64,000 nt of DNA. Source: an uncultured archaeon. Its GTDB lineage: Archaea > Thermoplasmatota > Thermoplasmata > Thermoplasmatales > Thermoplasmataceae. Made by a program: the position numbers and the translations under genes. The notes under the pieces were generated by a model. That model did no database searches. It saw only the letters and a program-made list of their open reading frames with translations, and was not told where the DNA came from. Of this stretch, positions 19,189 to 30,039 are shown in pieces (position 1 is the stretch's first letter; each line of letters opens with the position of its first letter). Where the stretch lies: contig CP009479.1 in assembly GCA_000965745.1 (NCBI GenBank), forward strand, positions 960,001 through 1,024,000. The letters run 5' to 3'.

Positions 19189-20052
19189 ATGAGACCTAGA
19201 CCTTTTTTGCTTCATAGGCCTAATACACTCAAGGAGGCTTCTGAATTGCTTTATTCCCACGAAGACGCGAAGCCCCTTGCAGGTGGACAGAGCCTTATTC
19301 CAATGATGAAGCTCAGAATTTATTCACCAGAGGAAATTGTAATGATCGGCCATCTTCCGGAGATGCAGCCCGGGGTTAAGCAGGAAGGCAGCACCATTGT
19401 GATTAATTCTATGACTACGCATGATATGGTGCACCATAACGAACTTATATCGGAGTACCTCCCCGTTCTCTCAGAGGCTGCGGCGGCAATCGCCGACCAG
19501 CAGATCAGAAACAGGGGGACAATAGGCGGAAACATAGCCCACGGTGACCCCTCAACAAACCTGTCGGCGGCACTCCTTGCTCTCGATGCAAAAGTTCTTG
19601 CCAGCGGAAAGGACGGGCAGAGGGAAATCCCCATCGACGAATTTTTCCTTGATCTCTTCACAACAGCTCTAGAGCCCGGTGAAATAATTACGGGATTCAA
19701 GGTTGACATACCTAAAAATTCCAGGCAGAAATTCATGAAAATAACGCGCTCGGACACTGCATTCCCGCTGGCTTTCGTTGCGGTGAACATCCAGCTTTCA
19801 GATGGTGTAGTGAAGGACGCCAGGATAGGACTTGGAGTTGCTGCCCCCACACCCATAAGGGCTACTGAAGCTGAGGAATACCTGAAAAACAAGCAGCTCA
19901 ACCAGGAAACTATTCTCAAGACTGCAGAAATGGCAACAAAGGATCTTGAGCCTCCGGGAGATGTTCATGCGTCTCCTGAGTACAGGAAGAACCTGCTCAA
20001 TGTATTAATGAAAAGATGTCTCAACTCACTTTTGGAGGAGGTGAAACAATGA
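19189..20052 (+). CDS. Molybdenum hydroxylase FAD-binding (medium) subunit, CoxM/CutM-like
   Basis: [39 protein letters not shown]. Confidence 0.93.
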   Translation: MRPRPFLLHRPNTLKEASELLYSHEDAKPLAGGQSLIPMMKLRIYSPEEIVMIGHLPEMQPGVKQEGSTIVINSMTTHDMVHHNELISEYLPVLSEAAAAIADQQIRNRGTIGGNIAHGDPSTNLSAALLALDAKVLASGKDGQREIPIDEFFLDLFTTALEPGEIITGFKVDIPKNSRQKFMKITRSDTAFPLAFVAVNIQLSDGVVKDARIGLGVAAPTPIRATEAEEYLKNKQLNQETILKTAEMATKDLEPPGDVHASPEYRKNLLNVLMKRCLNSLLEEVKQ

Positions 20053-20543
20053 TGGAAGGTTTGGTAAAAGTTTCAATTGATATTAACGGCAAGAAATACA
20101 CGGATGATGTTGAACCGAGATTGCTTCTCGTGGATTTCATAAGGGATATTGCAAGGCTGAAAGGAACACACATCGGTTGTGATACCACAAGCTGTGGTGC
20201 TTGCACGATTCTCATCGACGGGATGTCAGTGAAGTCCTGCACAATGTTTGCAGTGGAAGCAGATGGCAGAAAGATACAGACAGTGGAGTCCCTGGCGACA
20301 GACGACAAGCTCCATCCCCTGCAGGAAGCTTTCTGGGAGCATCACGCACTCCAGTGCGGCTACTGCACACCCGGGATGCTGATGTCATCAACATTCCTGC
20401 TTAGCAGGAACAGCGACCCTACAGAGGAGGAAATCAGGGAAGGAATTGCAGGAAACATTTGCAGATGCACAGGATATATAAACATCATAAAAGCAGTAAA
20501 GGACGCAGCAGGTAAGATAAACGCCGGAAAGGAGACGGAGTGA
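20049..20543 (+). CDS. Molybdenum hydroxylase 2x[2Fe-2S] (small) subunit, CoxS/CutS-like
   Basis: [10 protein letters not shown]...SC and QCGYCTPG...NICRCTGY; ATGA overlap with the upstream gene. Confidence 0.95.
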   Translation: MMEGLVKVSIDINGKKYTDDVEPRLLLVDFIRDIARLKGTHIGCDTTSCGACTILIDGMSVKSCTMFAVEADGRKIQTVESLATDDKLHPLQEAFWEHHALQCGYCTPGMLMSSTFLLSRNSDPTEEEIREGIAGNICRCTGYINIIKAVKDAAGKINAGKETE

Positions 20544-20549
20544 TCCCGG

Positions 20550-22982
20550 ATGCCTCAAAAGGCTGAGTTGGTTGTAGAGAAAGCACCCGAAACAACGGCG
20601 GCTTTCAAGTACATGGGTACGCCCGTCAAAGTAGCAGAGGACTTGATTCCTCTGCAGGGAAAGGGCCAGTATCTGGATGATGTGGAGATTCCCGGGACAC
20701 TTTACATGGCGTACACCCTGTCTCCATACGGGCATGCAAAGATCAAGAAAATAGACACCAGCAAGTGCCTGGAACTGCCGGGTGTTCATTACGTGCTCAC
20801 AGGGGAAGAACTGAAGGCAAACATGGATCCTTACATGCAGATCGCCCCACCACCATCTGGAAACCTGAAGGACTACCCGCTTGCGGTGGACAAAGTAAGG
20901 TACTACGGTGAACCGGTGGCAGCGGTAGTTGCTTCTAACGCATACATTGCCGAAGATGCAGCTGAGCTTGTGGATGTTGAATACGAACCCCTTCCGGTGG
21001 TGACTGATGCTGAAGATGCTCTCAAAGAAGGGTCACCTGTTCTCCACGACTCGGTTGGGAACAACCTGGTCTGGAGAGGTGTCTGGGATCTTGGCGATGC
21101 AGAAAAGGCGCTGAAGGAAGCAGATTATGTTGTTGAGGATACGGTTAAGACTCACAGGTATGCTGCAGTCCCGCTTGAAACCAGCGGAGTGCTGGCAACA
21201 TACGACCAGAGTGTTGACACCATAACAGTATACAGTGTAAACCAGATGCCCATGTTCTCGCTCCCAATCATCTGTGGAGCCCTGAGGATGCCACCGTCAA
21301 AATTCAGGATGATTCTCCCCCCAAACGTAGGTGGAGCATTCGGTGGAAAGATCATCAACTTCACGCACATTACAGTGGTAGCATATCTGTCAAAATTGCT
21401 GAAAGCCCCTGTGAAGTACGTGGAGAACAGGTCAGAGAACATAATGTCCGGAACGCACAATAATGAGAGAATTTTCCATGTGAAACTCGCGGTCAGGAAA
21501 GATGGACGTGTGACAGGGGCATACATGAAGGCTGTGGACAATTGTGGGGCTTACCCAAGATATGAGCCTGCAGGAGCTGTAATCTGGGCTCAGGTTGTAC
21601 CGGGCATCTACGACGTCCAGAACGTCTACGTTGATTTTAGCCAGGCAACAACGAACAAAGGCCCGACAGGGCCTGTGAGGGGTTATTCGAGAATACAGCA
21701 CAATTTCATGTGGGAAAGGATGATGAACCGTGTTGCGCAGAAGCTTAACATGGATCCGGCTGAAGTAAGAAGACTCAACCTCATCAAGGCCGAGCAGATG
21801 CCTTACGAGGGACCTTCGAGGACTATATATGATGGAGGGGACTACCACAAGGCCTTTGACACTCTCCTTGACACCATTGAGTACGGAAAGTGGAGAGAGA
21901 AGCAGAAAGAGGCGAGAAAACAAGGAAAACTCATAGGAATAGGCCTCTCTGCGGTCATTGACTCAGGGGCAAACAATTTCGCGCAGGTTAAGATCATAAA
22001 TCCGCACTTTCCAGCCTCAGGAAGCATGGAAGTGGGCCTGGTTATGATCGACCAGTTCGGAACACTGGTCGCCAGGACTGGAACTACAGACCAGGGGCAG
22101 TCCCATGCAACAACCTTCGGCCAGATAGTTTCAGAAGTGTTCAACACGGGCCCTGAGAATGTGGTTTTCCAGCAGGGTTTTGACTCAATAAGCAACGTTT
22201 GGGCGGCATTCTCAGGAGCGTATGCAAGCAGAAGCGCAGTAATGGCTGGAACAGCACTTTACTATGCTGCAATTAGGCTTAAGGAAAAGGTTCTTACAAT
22301 AGCAGCCCACGCTCTTGGAGAGCTCGAATCAGACCTTGAAGCGAAGGACGCCGCCGTTGTGAGCATGAAGACTGACAAGAAACTTCCTCTCGGGGATATT
22401 GCCACCCTAGCCTGGCTTGACGTGAACAAGCTTCCAGAAGACATGGAGCCGGGTCTGGTCAGCTATGCAGTCTACAAGCCGGACTTTACATACAATATGC
22501 CTGATGAAAAGAAGAGGGTCAACAACACCCTGACCTATTCATATGCAATACACGGAACAGTCGTGGAAGTTGATCCTGAAACTTACGAGATGAAGATACT
22601 GAAGCATGGTGTTGTTTCAGATCCGGGTTTCATGATCAACCCGCTGGTTGTCGAAGGCCAGGAGATGGGTGCAACACTTCACGGAATAAGTGCTGCCCTG
22701 ATGGAAAATCTTGAGTACGATGAAGATGGAATACTCTTGACATCCAACTTCTGGGACTATCTTGTAGCAGGGGCGAAGCACATGCCAGACATAGACATGA
22801 AAACAATAGTAACAAGATCCACCAGTTCAGTTCTCGGTGTGAGAGGGGTCGGAGAAGGTGGAGGAGGACCGATAGGTTCAATAGTGAATGCTGTGGAGGA
22901 CGCTCTTCAGCCACTCGGAATAAAGCTATTAAGCTCCAACCTATCTGCAAACGAGTTATATTCCAAGGCCAACAAAAAATGA
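20550..22982 (+). CDS. Xanthine oxidase family molybdopterin-binding large subunit (not a form I/II CODH)
   Basis: GGAFGGK, active-site loop PVRGYSR, GQSHAT, YASRS, RGVGEGG. Confidence 0.9.
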   Translation: MPQKAELVVEKAPETTAAFKYMGTPVKVAEDLIPLQGKGQYLDDVEIPGTLYMAYTLSPYGHAKIKKIDTSKCLELPGVHYVLTGEELKANMDPYMQIAPPPSGNLKDYPLAVDKVRYYGEPVAAVVASNAYIAEDAAELVDVEYEPLPVVTDAEDALKEGSPVLHDSVGNNLVWRGVWDLGDAEKALKEADYVVEDTVKTHRYAAVPLETSGVLATYDQSVDTITVYSVNQMPMFSLPIICGALRMPPSKFRMILPPNVGGAFGGKIINFTHITVVAYLSKLLKAPVKYVENRSENIMSGTHNNERIFHVKLAVRKDGRVTGAYMKAVDNCGAYPRYEPAGAVIWAQVVPGIYDVQNVYVDFSQATTNKGPTGPVRGYSRIQHNFMWERMMNRVAQKLNMDPAEVRRLNLIKAEQMPYEGPSRTIYDGGDYHKAFDTLLDTIEYGKWREKQKEARKQGKLIGIGLSAVIDSGANNFAQVKIINPHFPASGSMEVGLVMIDQFGTLVARTGTTDQGQSHATTFGQIVSEVFNTGPENVVFQQGFDSISNVWAAFSGAYASRSAVMAGTALYYAAIRLKEKVLTIAAHALGELESDLEAKDAAVVSMKTDKKLPLGDIATLAWLDVNKLPEDMEPGLVSYAVYKPDFTYNMPDEKKRVNNTLTYSYAIHGTVVEVDPETYEMKILKHGVVSDPGFMINPLVVEGQEMGATLHGISAALMENLEYDEDGILLTSNFWDYLVAGAKHMPDIDMKTIVTRSTSSVLGVRGVGEGGGGPIGSIVNAVEDALQPLGIKLLSSNLSANELYSKANKK

Positions 22983-22994
22983 GGTGAAAAAAGA

Positions 22995-23435
22995 ATGAAA
23001 TTTGAAGGATCCAGAGAAGTAAACACGAGTGCGCAGGCAGTATGGGATTTCCTGACAAACCCAAACAACATGGCGGAGTGCCTTCCGGATGCAAAGTCAC
23101 ATGAAGTTGTTGACGACAAGACAATAAAGGCACAACTGAAGGTGGGAGTAGGCTTCATCAAGGAAGTGTTTGACTCCACAATCAGCTATTCCGAAGTCAC
23201 GCCTGACTCAAAGGACATGAAAATCAAAATAGACGCAAAAGCCAAGGCAAACACTGCCACTATAAACATCGATGTCCATGTGGACGGGGCAGACTCAGCT
23301 GCAAAACTCCAGTGGACTGTCGATGCAGTTATGGCTGGAAGACTCGCCAGCATTGGTCAGAGATACATCAGCAAGGTTTCTGACAAGGTCATAGAACAGG
23401 CTTTTGAGTGCATGATGTCCAAGCTTGCACCATAA
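22995..23435 (+). CDS. coxG: CoxG/SRPBCC-domain accessory protein
   Basis: VWDFLTNP..MAECLP, GRLASIGQR; directly follows the large subunit. Confidence 0.88.
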   Translation: MKFEGSREVNTSAQAVWDFLTNPNNMAECLPDAKSHEVVDDKTIKAQLKVGVGFIKEVFDSTISYSEVTPDSKDMKIKIDAKAKANTATINIDVHVDGADSAAKLQWTVDAVMAGRLASIGQRYISKVSDKVIEQAFECMMSKLAP

Positions 23436-23583
23436 ACCATTTTTTTCTATTTAATCTGGACAATCAAAGAGTTTATGTTTTTGATGATTCTTGGTTTTAA
23501 TATTTTCGTATTCAGTCTTTCTGCTTAGGCAATAATTTGCTAGGTAAATTTATAGATAAAACAATCATTAAGACGCTGATAAT

Positions 23584-24288
23584 ATGAAAATTGGCACTTT
23601 CTTGACCCTTGGCTCTCCCGAGATATGTGAGATGCTCGGTAATGAGATAGATTTTGCAGTTATAGATGCCGAGCATGGTGTGCTCATGGACAACACTTTG
23701 ATCTCGGTCTTGCGGGCCATTCCCTCTGAGATTACGCCATGGGTTCGAGTGAAAAGACCAGAACTGGCCAGCCTCGCCTTGGATCTTGGTGCAAAAGCTA
23801 TCCTTATTCCACAGGTTCGTTCGATGCAGGATCTCAACTCTGCGGTGGAGTCATTCTACTACCCACCCAAGGGTCAGAGAGGATGGGGTCCTGGAAGGGT
23901 TTCCAGATATGGAATGGACATGATGAAGATAATCCAGGATGAAGCTATAAATGAGCTTTGGGTTCAAATCGAAACAAGGGAAGCACTTGAAATGGTGGAA
24001 GACATTGCCGCCCGTGAGGAGATCGATGGCCTTTTTGTCGGTCCCGGGGATCTTTCGCTTGCCCTTGGACACCCGGGCGAATGGAGCAATGAAGAACTGA
24101 AAAGTTCCACAGAGAGAATATTTGAAGCTTCTAGGAAGAATGGTAAAAAATTCGGGATATTCACGGGCAATCCAGCCCAGGTTAGCTTCTGGGATAAGAA
24201 AGGGGCTGATCTTGTAGTTTTCGGTGCAGACTCTATATTTTTCATAGAAGGCTACAGGAACCTTATGAAAGAAGCAGGGAGGCAATGA
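23584..24288 (+). CDS. HpcH/HpaI class II pyruvate-dependent aldolase
   Basis: IDAEHG, LDLGA, YPPKGQRG, QIET, FVGPGDLS. Confidence 0.9.
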   Translation: MKIGTFLTLGSPEICEMLGNEIDFAVIDAEHGVLMDNTLISVLRAIPSEITPWVRVKRPELASLALDLGAKAILIPQVRSMQDLNSAVESFYYPPKGQRGWGPGRVSRYGMDMMKIIQDEAINELWVQIETREALEMVEDIAAREEIDGLFVGPGDLSLALGHPGEWSNEELKSSTERIFEASRKNGKKFGIFTGNPAQVSFWDKKGADLVVFGADSIFFIEGYRNLMKEAGRQ

Positions 24289-24289
24289 A

Positions 24290-25279
24290 ATGGCAAAGAT
24301 TGTATTGAAAACAGATGGCGATTTCAGAGACGTGGGAATGGAGAGGAAGCTACTGCAGGATGCTGGATATGAGTTGGTTGAGAGAAACTGCCTCACATCC
24401 ATGGACGTTCTCGAGGCCTGCAGGGAACTGAATCCTGATGCACTGATTGTACTCAAAGCACCAATCAATCAGGAAGTCATGGCTTCTGCGACTTCGGTCA
24501 AGGCAATCTCACGGTACGGGATCGGGCTTGACATGATAGATATGTCCGCAGCTAGCGAAATGGGAATACCAGTTGCATACGTGCCAGATTACTGCGTTGA
24601 CGAGGTGAGCAATCATGCCATTTCTCTGATGTTTTCTGCCGAAAGGAGACTACTCATTTTCGACAGGAAGGTCAGGAAAGGTGACTGGTCCATGGACGGG
24701 ATAGCTCCTGTGCACAGGTTCAGTGAAAAGACGCTAGGTTTACTTGGTTTTGGGAGACTTTCCCGTGCGGTTGCACAAAAGATGAAGGCATTTGATGTAA
24801 GACTGACGTCATTTGACCCACTTGTCAAAGGAGAGGAAATGGCGGCTCTAGATGTGGAGAAAGCAGAAACTATCGATGAATTGCTTGCTAATTCGGACAT
24901 AATCAGCATCCATGTTCCTCTTACTAGACAGACTCACGGCCTCATAGGAAAAGAGGCGCTGGAAAAAATGAAAAAGGGCTCTGTCGTAATAAATACATCT
25001 AGAGGCGGTATTGTTGACCAGAAGGCACTTTTGGAATCTATTAAGACAGGGCATATTGCGTCGGCGGGGCTGGACGTCTTTGAGGAGGAGCCAATTAATC
25101 CATCAGATCCAATACTAAAAGAATCCAGAATTGTACTTTCTCCACATGTTTCATATTATTCAGAGGAAGCACTTTCGCAGGTGCAGAGTGACACAGCCCA
25201 AGGGATTGTGGATATACTAAGGGGAAAAAGGCCGAGGAACCTTGCTAATCCCGAAGTGTGGGGCAAGAGGCGTACATAA
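24290..25279 (+). CDS. D-isomer specific 2-hydroxyacid dehydrogenase (SerA/CtBP-like)
   Basis: RYGIGLD, VPDYCVDEV, GFGR, HVPLT, NTSRGG, LDVFEEEP, SPHVSYYS. Confidence 0.92.
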   Translation: MAKIVLKTDGDFRDVGMERKLLQDAGYELVERNCLTSMDVLEACRELNPDALIVLKAPINQEVMASATSVKAISRYGIGLDMIDMSAASEMGIPVAYVPDYCVDEVSNHAISLMFSAERRLLIFDRKVRKGDWSMDGIAPVHRFSEKTLGLLGFGRLSRAVAQKMKAFDVRLTSFDPLVKGEEMAALDVEKAETIDELLANSDIISIHVPLTRQTHGLIGKEALEKMKKGSVVINTSRGGIVDQKALLESIKTGHIASAGLDVFEEEPINPSDPILKESRIVLSPHVSYYSEEALSQVQSDTAQGIVDILRGKRPRNLANPEVWGKRRT

Positions 25280-25284
25280 TCACT

Positions 25285-26166
25285 CTAATATATGCCAATG
25301 GGAGAAACAGGGGAACCCGCCCCACCCTTCAATTTTAGCGGAGCACAGGCAAAGAGGAATTCAGTCACTCCATCCATCGAAAGTTCTTGGAGCCTCATGT
25401 TTTCCACTAGGTGCATACCACTTCCCTTGATGAGTATCTGGTGGCACGGGAACAGAGTGGATGCATCCTCTGAATTAGTCACTTCATATGGCGAGGTATC
25501 TGTGCCAGTGATACTAGCACCACTTTTTCCGAGCCATTTTGCCACTTCAACGCCGGGCCCAGGCGCATCACCAAGGTATTTCTCATTATCAACAGCCCAC
25601 AGCTTCCCAAATCCTGTATGGAAAAACACCCCATCGCCACGTTTTATGGTAAGACCATACTCTCTCACCAGTTTCAATACTTCATCAACGTTTATTTCGT
25701 AACCGGGATCAAGCATGTCCACACCAAAGAATCTGGCAAAATCAAGAAGGAGACCTCTTGTAAACACAGGAGGCATAGTCTCTATCCCGAGTTTCGTTGT
25801 TCCAGTTTCAGCTGAAATCTCCCTTATGTCGATCCCACCATATATTTCGTGTCTGAAAGAAGCATGGTTAAGGCCGTCCACATGGGTTCCAGTGTGGTCA
25901 GAAAGCTCATACCTGCAAACCATTGAACCAAGCTCGTTCTTGAATTCGCTGAACTTTCTCAGAGAATAGTCTACATCCCTGTAGGTGTATGAGAAATACG
26001 GTCCATGGAACCAGATCTGCGGCATCCTATCGCTCAGCTCTTGGCTAAGACTTACCGCTCTCCCTTTCCTGACAAGGGATGCCGATTCTATCATTTTGTC
26101 GGGCGTAATTAGTGCTAAAGTCCCAAGATCATCGATTTCCGCGGGTGGCATGTAGTCACAATACAC
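25285..26166 (-). CDS. Cyclase family metal-dependent hydrolase
   Basis: DDLGTL, HTGTHVDGLNH, PGPG, GTDT, HQIL, EN, APLKLKGGAGSPV. Confidence 0.88.
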   Translation of the reverse strand: MYCDYMPPAEIDDLGTLALITPDKMIESASLVRKGRAVSLSQELSDRMPQIWFHGPYFSYTYRDVDYSLRKFSEFKNELGSMVCRYELSDHTGTHVDGLNHASFRHEIYGGIDIREISAETGTTKLGIETMPPVFTRGLLLDFARFFGVDMLDPGYEINVDEVLKLVREYGLTIKRGDGVFFHTGFGKLWAVDNEKYLGDAPGPGVEVAKWLGKSGASITGTDTSPYEVTNSEDASTLFPCHQILIKGSGMHLVENMRLQELSMDGVTEFLFACAPLKLKGGAGSPVSPIGIY

Positions 26167-26253
26167 AGAATGCTTAAAACTTCATTGTAAAGGTTTAAAT
26201 CGACTGATGAATGAGAAACCAGTTAAATACCTCCTTATGCTGTACACTTGGTA

Positions 26254-27048
26254 ATGCCTGTACCGGGAGATAGGTCAAGGTTGGCAAAGATTGGTGAAGA
26301 TTGGGAAGTGCTTGAAGGTGTAATTCAGGAATTTATGGGTGAGAAATCAGCACTTAACCCGGTGATTGGAAGATGCAAGGATGGAATCGTTCTGATCGAC
26401 ACGGGGGCACCCGGGACTTTTGGGCAACTTGAAAACTCGCTATTGAAACTTGGTTTTGGCATTGAGGAAATTAAGATGGTGGTCATCACGCATTATCACT
26501 TTGACCATGTCGGAAATCTAATGGAAATCGCCATGAGAAACAAGAATGCGCGCATCCTGATGGGAAAGAACGATATCCCTTACTATGCCGGAGATAAGGT
26601 TCCAGAGGAGGAGGCTGTGGACGAGAAAGAATTGAGGAAATATTTCCCAAATTTTAAAAAAAGCGACTTGGATGGTGCTGCCAAAGACGAAGACATCTCA
26701 TACTCCCCAGACTTGGAATTACTCTCTAGAATTGAACCTGTCGAAGAAGACTTATCAGTGATTGACGTGCCAGGCGAGATGAGGATTGTGGCAACACCCG
26801 GGCATACGCCGGGTCACCTCTCTGTATATCTGCAGGAGCTTAAGGCACTAGTCGCAGGCGACCTCATGATGTACTGGAAAGGGAACTTTTCGGGTCCGAT
26901 CAGGACTTTCTCAAGCGATCCTGAAACTGCGGATGAATCCGTCAGGAAAGTCTCTACCTTTGAGATTGACAAACTAATAGGGTATCACGGGTCACCATTT
27001 TTTGGGAATGTGAATTCTATGATCAACGAGTACTTGAGCAATATATGA
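26254..27048 (+). CDS. Metallo-beta-lactamase fold hydrolase
   Basis: LIDTG, THYHFDHVG, TPGHTPGH, AGD, YHG. Confidence 0.9.
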   Translation: MPVPGDRSRLAKIGEDWEVLEGVIQEFMGEKSALNPVIGRCKDGIVLIDTGAPGTFGQLENSLLKLGFGIEEIKMVVITHYHFDHVGNLMEIAMRNKNARILMGKNDIPYYAGDKVPEEEAVDEKELRKYFPNFKKSDLDGAAKDEDISYSPDLELLSRIEPVEEDLSVIDVPGEMRIVATPGHTPGHLSVYLQELKALVAGDLMMYWKGNFSGPIRTFSSDPETADESVRKVSTFEIDKLIGYHGSPFFGNVNSMINEYLSNI

Positions 27049-27190
27049 CTCATTCTTTCTTACCTGACCGAATAGGGCAAGCTGTAAGGTTAACTGGCTT
27101 AATAGGGTCAAGTTAAACTATTTAAACAATTCATCAAAACGTATTGCGTCTTGGAAAAGAATTAATATCATACCCATTATATAGCATGCC

Positions 27191-28492
27191 ATGGGTGGCT
27201 CAACTGAGAGTTCGAGTAGTGCCGTAAATATACCAGTATAGTATTCGATTTTTATAACACTGGTATCATTTTTTGGGTGGACGTTGGCTTTTATGGATGC
27301 CCAGTTTTTTGGTTTATTGATACCAAAAATCTTGCCAGCTTTCTCCTTAAGTCTGAACGAAATTAGCTTGATAACAACTGTTTCAAACGTTTTGGCGATA
27401 TTTTCTGCAATTCTTCTGGGGCAGTTGATGGACAGGAGAGGAAGGCTGCTTCCATTTCAGATAACGATGGTCTTGTATTCAATAGGTTCATTTTTCACCG
27501 CGATAAGTGGCGGATTCCTTTCGTTGCTTGGGGCCAGAACGGTGGTAACGCTTGGAACCGGTCCTGAGGGCAGTGTAGCAAGTGTTATGGTAACAGAGAA
27601 CCACGACAAGAAGTGGAGAGGCATAAGTACAGGTCTTCTCTTGCTGGCTGTACCTGTTGGAGTAACAATAGCAACAATAATTACGGGACTAGTTGTTGTC
27701 ACTGGTGGTTTCAATTGGAGATACGTCTTCTTTATAGGAATTTTCCCGGCTATTCTGATACTGGTAGCAAGGCTTAAAGCGAAGGAGAGTCAAAGATTCG
27801 TAGAGATGGACAGGATAAGAAGGGAGGCAAAATCAGAATCCGCTTCTTCTGATATTGTAGACGTTAAGAAAGCAAACCATGACCCAGTGGCACAACTTTT
27901 CGAATCAGACCTAAGGAAGAAGTCGCTTACAGTCATGATATTCTCTACTCTGGCATCTGGTGTATTTTTCAGCATATTGTTATATGCAACGGAATACCTC
28001 ACCGTGGCAAAGGGTCTCAGTTATGGCGCATCCCTGGTTGTTGTGGGAACAGGTTCAACTGCTTCCATTGCAGGATACATAATTGCAACTTTCATAGGCC
28101 AGAAAATAGGCAGAAAAGAAACCACAATTATTTTCGGGCTACTTGGCGGAGTGGCATTGTTTTTCCTTGCTACCTCAAATGGTTATGGAAATATTCTACT
28201 TAGCTACTCGCTTTTCCAAGTGTTCTTTGCAGCCATTGGATCAACATTTGTAGCACTTTTCGCAGAAATGTACCCCACAAGAGCAAGAGGAGCAGGCCAG
28301 AGCCTGAACTTTGCTTCACAGTCTGCAGGATATGCTATTTGGCCACTCTTACTCACATCGACAGTTGGAGTAATTGGGTGGCATAATGGTTTTCTCATCG
28401 TGGAAGTGATACCTCTGATCATATCATCGCTCTCACTCTTCGCAATTCCCAGAGTAAAGCCCACCGATGAATTGGAAGCTATTGCGGTCTGA
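27191..28492 (+). pseudogene. MFS transporter with an in-frame TAG at codon 17 (27239-27241); possibly expressed from a downstream start or by readthrough
   Basis: ATG 27191 gives MGGSTESSSSAVNIPV*YSIFITLVSFFGWTLAFMDAQ..., in frame with the 27284-28492 ORF. TM1 lies upstream of the ORF-track start and aligns with TM1 of the paralog at 16222. GQLMDRRGR and AEMYPTRARG motifs are present. Confidence 0.6.
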
Positions 28493-28735
28493 CGGTACTT
28501 GCCTACCAACCCCAATTTTTCCCATTTTTCCGCTATATGCGCTGCAAAGTAAACTATTTGTGACTTCCTCCAGGATGGGTGATTTAGGAATGGTTCTTAT
28601 CGTAATATAAATTTAACTATCTAGATTAATCGCATACACTTCCTCATTTGCTGATGATCTAAACAACCTATAGTTTTTTATACTCAATATATTCCTACAA
28701 ATAGATTCTTAAACAATTACGCAGTATGACATCCC

Positions 28736-29992
28736 ATGGCATTACCCGGTTTTGATAAGGACTTGACCGTAAGGGGGATGGCTCTTAAGAATGCAGGCTG
28801 GTTTTTATTGCTAGCAGTCATCCTTGCTTACCCGATATTCCTCCAGAATTTTGACTCGGAGGTATATTCATTTGGAGCCCCTACAATTATACAAAATATA
28901 AATGCTCCTGCACTTTATATTGGCCTTACAGCCACAGGTTACGTTGTGGGAATTGTTGTATTCAGCCTTTTTGGAGGATACCTTTTTGACAGAGTATCGC
29001 CAAAAATCGCCATAATACTTGGTCTAGGCATTTTCAGCATTTTCTCTGCACTCAGCGGTTATTCAACTGGAGCTCTGGAACTAGTCATATTCAGGATACT
29101 AGATGGAGTTGGCGTATCAATTTTCCAGGTTTGTTCGGCTTCATATCTTGGGGAAGCTCTTCCAATCACAAGGGGAAGGCTCCTTTCAGTGAGTGTTCTG
29201 CTCGGTGGCCTCGGGCTGTTCGCAGGTCCTTTCATAGTGGCCCCATTCACTGGCAACATATCCCTTCCTTTCACCATAGCGGGTATGCTTGGGCTTCTGG
29301 GTATAGTGTTGTTTATAATTTTCCTACCGAGGAAATTCAAGAGCGAGGTTAAACTGGAGACGCACAAGTACTCGCTTTCGTCTCTCAAACATAGAAACGT
29401 CCTTCTTGGCTCATTATCAATCATTCCCTTCGGGTTGGCACTTTTCGCCGAAGTGAGTTATGTTCCACTTTACTTCCAGAAGGTGCTAACCTTTTCATCT
29501 TTCCAAGCTACTCTGGCGGTTTCTGCGTTTGGAATAGCCCCATTTGTGTTTGCTATACCTGTCGGAATACTTTCGGACAAGATTGGAAGAAAGCCCTTCA
29601 TACTTCTGGCCGCAGCGTTTCAGGTTATAGCAGGCTTCCTGCTCTTCGTGATTCACCCACCGTTCATACTCGCTTTTGTGCTCAACGCAATGTACGGATT
29701 TGGCTGGGGAATATATTTCATGAACATGGTGGCCATAGTTTTAGACTCAGTTCCTGACTCAGTAGCGGGACTTTCAATAGGCATGCTTTACACGACTTTC
29801 AACATCGGAGCTGCTTTCGGTGGTCCTGCGATGGGCTCACTCATTGGGATAAGCTGGCCAATTGCTGGCGCTCTTTCTATTGGCATAGTCTCAATTGTCA
29901 CTTTTGTGATTGCATTACCAATGAAGGAAGGCTTGGGCTTGGCAAAAAAGCAGATGAAAGAGGTCGAGGAAGTAGAAGAAATTCCGGCATGA
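28736..29992 (+). CDS. MFS transporter
   Basis: GGYLFDRV, FRILDGVG, GILSDKIGRK; ~12 TM segments. Confidence 0.88.
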   Translation: MALPGFDKDLTVRGMALKNAGWFLLLAVILAYPIFLQNFDSEVYSFGAPTIIQNINAPALYIGLTATGYVVGIVVFSLFGGYLFDRVSPKIAIILGLGIFSIFSALSGYSTGALELVIFRILDGVGVSIFQVCSASYLGEALPITRGRLLSVSVLLGGLGLFAGPFIVAPFTGNISLPFTIAGMLGLLGIVLFIIFLPRKFKSEVKLETHKYSLSSLKHRNVLLGSLSIIPFGLALFAEVSYVPLYFQKVLTFSSFQATLAVSAFGIAPFVFAIPVGILSDKIGRKPFILLAAAFQVIAGFLLFVIHPPFILAFVLNAMYGFGWGIYFMNMVAIVLDSVPDSVAGLSIGMLYTTFNIGAAFGGPAMGSLIGISWPIAGALSIGIVSIVTFVIALPMKEGLGLAKKQMKEVEEVEEIPA

Positions 29993-30039
29993 CCAATTTT
30001 TATTTCCAATTTTTTTTGAAACCTTTATCCAGACATTTT

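Noticed and set aside
20550-22982. Aerobic CO dehydrogenase call
   Set aside because: Lacks the AYxCSFR and AYxGAGR loops; no coxD/E/F genes
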